64,000 nucleotides of DNA from positions 4,320,001-4,384,000 of the forward strand of contig OY762911.1 of the NCBI GenBank assembly GCA_963666565.1, given 5' to 3'. Origin of the DNA: Thermoanaerobaculia bacterium (GTDB lineage Bacteria > Acidobacteriota > Thermoanaerobaculia > Multivoradales > Multivoraceae). The notes under the pieces are model-generated. The model was not told the origin of the DNA. It searched no databases and saw nothing but the letters and a program-made list of their open reading frames with translations. Made by a program: the position numbers and the translations under genes. Of the stretch, positions 60,843 to 64,000 are shown in pieces; the first letter of the stretch is position 1; each line of letters opens with the position of its first letter.

Positions 60843-63800
60843 GTGACGACGCCGCAAGAGCTCCCGGTGCAGACGGCCATCGATCTGGGCGCACCACCGC
60901 CGGATCAGGATCTCGACTGGGGCGATCTCACAGCCGGCGAGCTGCTCCGACGGATCCGCAGCACCAGCCGGACGGAAGCCGAGAAGGGCCAGTGGTTCGA
61001 GAACCTCTTCGCACAACTGGCGCGGAACGAGCCCGAGTTCGAACTCGAAGGCGTCTGGCGCTGGGCGCAGTGGCCGGAGCGCAAGCGCCTGACGGGCCTG
61101 TCGGGCCAGGACATCGGGGTGGACCTGGTGGCTCTGCACCGCGACGGAACATGGATCGCCATCCAGTGCAAGTGCTACGCGTCCCACCACCGCGTGACGA
61201 AGGCGGACGTGCAGAGTTTCCTGGCCGGATCGCAGCAGAAGATCTTCGGCCTGCGGTGGATCGTCACAACCTCCCGTTGGGGTCGGACGGCCGAGAATCT
61301 CATCCAGGAGACGAACATCCGCCGGATCGACTTTCGCAACTACCGGGACCGGCGGATCACCGCCACGGAGGTCGAGCGTCCGGTCCGGGAACCCTGGCGG
61401 CTGCAACGGGAGGCGATCGAGGACGCGCTGCAGGGCCTCGAACATCACGACCGCGGCCGGCTCATCATGGCGTGCGGCACCGGCAAGACCTTCACGGCGC
61501 TGCGCATCGCGGAGCGGTTCGTGCCGGACGGCGAAGCCATCCTGTTCCTCGCTCCGACCATCGCGCTCGTCTCCCAGGCGCGCCGCGAGTGGCTTACCCA
61601 CACGACCCGGCCCCTGAGCTCGCTGGTCGTCTGTTCCGATCCGTACGCGGGCGGCAGGAACGAGCAGGAGGACATCCGCATCTCGGAACTCGAGTGCCCG
61701 GTGATCTCGAACCCGGAGGAGATCGCGGCCAAGCTGAAGAGCGCCACTCACACGAAGGTCGTGTTCTGTACCTACCAGTCGCTCATGCGAGTCACGGAGG
61801 CACAGCGGGAGCACGGCGCCGCGCCCTTCGCCTTGACCATCGCCGACGAAGCGCACCGGACGACCGGCGTGCTGAACCGTCCGCGCGAGAAGGTCGACTT
61901 CCAGCTCGTCCACGATGAGGAACGGTTGCTAACGCGCAAGCGCTTGTACATGACGGCCACGCCACGCATCTACACCCGGAAGTCGAAGAGGCGGCTGGCG
62001 AAGCGAGAGATCGAAGTCGTCGACATGAGCGACGAAGCGACCTACGGACCCCAGTTCCATCGCTTGCGCTTCAAGACCGCCGTGGACGACGGGAAGCTCT
62101 CGGACTACCGGGTCGTCGTGCTCGGCGTGGACCGGTCCCGCGTCACGCCGGGTCTTCGTTCCCGGCTGGAGGGTCTCGCCGAAGGCGACAGGAAGAGCCA
62201 GCCGACGCTGAACGACATCACCCGCGTGCTCGGCGTCTCTCTGGCGATCAACGGGCTGAGCGAGGGAAAGGGGATCGAGCGCCCGGATCGACTGCCCCGC
62301 ACCATGGCCTACGCGAACAGCATCAAGCGATCGAAGTGGTTCGCCGCGGCCCTGATGGACCCCCAGGTCAAGGCGGCGACAACCAGACGGCTCCACGGCG
62401 AGGAGCGCGCCTGGTCCGTGGAAGCGGAGCACCTCGACGCCTCGGCCAGCGCGCTGGACCGAAGCCAGGCGCTGCGACGACTCAGTTCGGCGGGCGGGGA
62501 CGGCACGCTCCGGATCGTCTGCAACGTGAAGCTCTTCACCGAGGGCGTGGACGTGCCGAGCCTCAACGCCGTGGCCTTCCTCGATCCGCGCGACAGCCAG
62601 GTGGACGTCGTCCAGGCCGTGGGCCGCGTGATGAGACGGGCCGAGGACAAGAAGTTCGGCTACATCGTCGTGCCGGTCGTCGTTCAGCCCGGCATGGACG
62701 TCGCCGACGCCTTGCGGAACAGCCCCGAGGGCTACCACACCCTGGGCAAGGTGCTGCGAGCCCTGCAGGCGCACGACGAGAGGCTGCACGAGGACATCGC
62801 GCGCTTCGTTCAGGTCTACGAACCGAAGCCGGAGCCCAACGCACCGGGTGACCCGAGGGACGACCCGGCCGGCCTGTTCGACGACCTGGAACTCGAGCCG
62901 GCCGACGAGGGGATCTTCGCGCATGTCGCCGCGGCGTCGGGTCTGGGCCAACCCGGCAAACTCATCGCCGACGAGATCGCGTGGGCCGTGCAGCGGGCGG
63001 CGGAAATCTTCCAGAACGAAGAAGTCGAAGGGCCGCTCGCCGACGCCTTGGACCTGCCGGCGGACAACGAACAGGCCCGAAAGGCAGCCCGGACGATCGC
63101 CGCGCTGCTCCTCTGCAATGCCTGCCTGATGCACCGCCGCCTGCGCGACGTGCCCGAGATGAAGATGCTGCCCGGTCTCGGCCGCGTCGGCGCAACAGAC
63201 GATCCGTCCAGCGTGCTCAAGGCGTCGTGGAGCACGATCCTGGATCTGGACTACAAGCCAATCTTCGAGCCGGCGCTCGCGGCGCTGAACGCTCTTCCCG
63301 CGAACGAGGGAATCCGAAGCGCGCTGCGCGGCCTGTCGGAGTGCGCGGACAACCTGGCGGACAGCCTGAACGACCTCGGCTACGACCACGCCGGGCCGCT
63401 CTACCACCGAATCCTCGGCTCGGCCAAGAGCGACGGCGCGTTCTACACGAACAACATCTCGGCCCTGCTGCTGGCGCGGCTCGCGCTCGACGAAACGTTC
63501 GTCGACTGGACCGACCCGGAGGCCGTGGCGAAACTGCGGATCATCGACCCGGCGTGCGGCACCGGCACGCTCCTCATGGCGGCACTTCGCACAATCAAGG
63601 CGCGCATGCGCGAAGGGGCCTCGCTGGGCGAAGGAAGCGACGAACCGCTCCACCGAACCCTGGTCGAGGATGTCCTGTGCGGACTCGACATCAACCGTCA
63701 TGGCATTCAGCTTGCCGCCTGCAACCTGACACTCGGCGCGCCGTCGGTGGACTATGCACGGATGAACCTGCACACGATGCAGCACGGGCCTCAGGACGAC

Positions 63801-64000
63801 GGGACCGTGCGGGCAGGGTCGCTGGAGATCTTGAGGCAGCGCGGAGACGGCCTCCAGCCGACCCTCTTCCAGATGGCGTCGAAGCTCCAGGGAACGGACG
63901 CACTAGGCGCAAGGTGGGAGGCGGACGAGACCGGCAACGACTTCCCTCTCAACGACGTCGACCTGGTGATCATGAACCCGCCGTTCACCGCGAACGACAA
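60843..64000 (+). CDS. Type ISP-like (LlaGI/LlaBIII-type) single-polypeptide restriction-modification enzyme, 3' end outside window
   Basis: Motifs checked in one frame (not in the ORF track since it has no stop): Mrr-like KGQWFE...DIGVDLV...IAIQCK; SF2 helicase MACGTGKT (61467), DEAHRT (61845), MTATP, QAVGRVMR; N6-MTase IIDPACGTGT and VIMNPPF (~63970). Start GTG 60843 or TTG 60789. Confidence 0.88.
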   Translation, partial: MTTPQELPVQTAIDLGAPPPDQDLDWGDLTAGELLRRIRSTSRTEAEKGQWFENLFAQLARNEPEFELEGVWRWAQWPERKRLTGLSGQDIGVDLVALHRDGTWIAIQCKCYASHHRVTKADVQSFLAGSQQKIFGLRWIVTTSRWGRTAENLIQETNIRRIDFRNYRDRRITATEVERPVREPWRLQREAIEDALQGLEHHDRGRLIMACGTGKTFTALRIAERFVPDGEAILFLAPTIALVSQARREWLTHTTRPLSSLVVCSDPYAGGRNEQEDIRISELECPVISNPEEIAAKLKSATHTKVVFCTYQSLMRVTEAQREHGAAPFALTIADEAHRTTGVLNRPREKVDFQLVHDEERLLTRKRLYMTATPRIYTRKSKRRLAKREIEVVDMSDEATYGPQFHRLRFKTAVDDGKLSDYRVVVLGVDRSRVTPGLRSRLEGLAEGDRKSQPTLNDITRVLGVSLAINGLSEGKGIERPDRLPRTMAYANSIKRSKWFAAALMDPQVKAATTRRLHGEERAWSVEAEHLDASASALDRSQALRRLSSAGGDGTLRIVCNVKLFTEGVDVPSLNAVAFLDPRDSQVDVVQAVGRVMRRAEDKKFGYIVVPVVVQPGMDVADALRNSPEGYHTLGKVLRALQAHDERLHEDIARFVQVYEPKPEPNAPGDPRDDPAGLFDDLELEPADEGIFAHVAAASGLGQPGKLIADEIAWAVQRAAEIFQNEEVEGPLADALDLPADNEQARKAARTIAALLLCNACLMHRRLRDVPEMKMLPGLGRVGATDDPSSVLKASWSTILDLDYKPIFEPALAALNALPANEGIRSALRGLSECADNLADSLNDLGYDHAGPLYHRILGSAKSDGAFYTNNISALLLARLALDETFVDWTDPEAVAKLRIIDPACGTGTLLMAALRTIKARMREGASLGEGSDEPLHRTLVEDVLCGLDINRHGIQLAACNLTLGAPSVDYARMNLHTMQHGPQDDGTVRAGSLEILRQRGDGLQPTLFQMASKLQGTDALGARWEADETGNDFPLNDVDLVIMNPPFTAND

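Overview
High-GC (visually ~70%) bacterial chromosome segment. Gene content points to an Acidobacteriota-like, possibly host/sponge-associated organism (inference from paired VWA proteins, CRTAC1/ASPIC-UnbV + TPR pair, Oar-like TonB receptor and FN3/Ig-rich exported proteins). From left to right: end of a UDP-sugar operon (ugd, UDP-glucuronate decarboxylase); a frameshifted exported protein; an LLM/Nudix/CoA-transferase operon; heme O/A synthases; a ~19 kb minus-strand cluster of exported surface proteins (a 2871-aa repeat adhesin plus a tandem array of M12-type metallopeptidases that share a Cys-bearing C-terminal module), broken by an IS21 with no target duplication; map; a DUF1080 lipoprotein; a TonB receptor; penicillin acylase; a cytochrome c coupled to a Tat-signal ThDP enzyme; CRTAC1/TPR/VWA genes; a Cys-rich TonB receptor; a two-permease RND system; an M20 amidohydrolase; a molybdopterin-binding protein whose 3' end is duplicated around a HicBA-like cassette; and a Type ISP-like restriction-modification gene running off the right edge. 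The notable non-coding signals are two colinear 173-bp elements with perfect but covarying 33-bp inverted repeats, a seven-copy REP-like family, and an att-like 172-bp duplication with 61-bp tandem scars. No rRNA, tRNA or CRISPR array was found.
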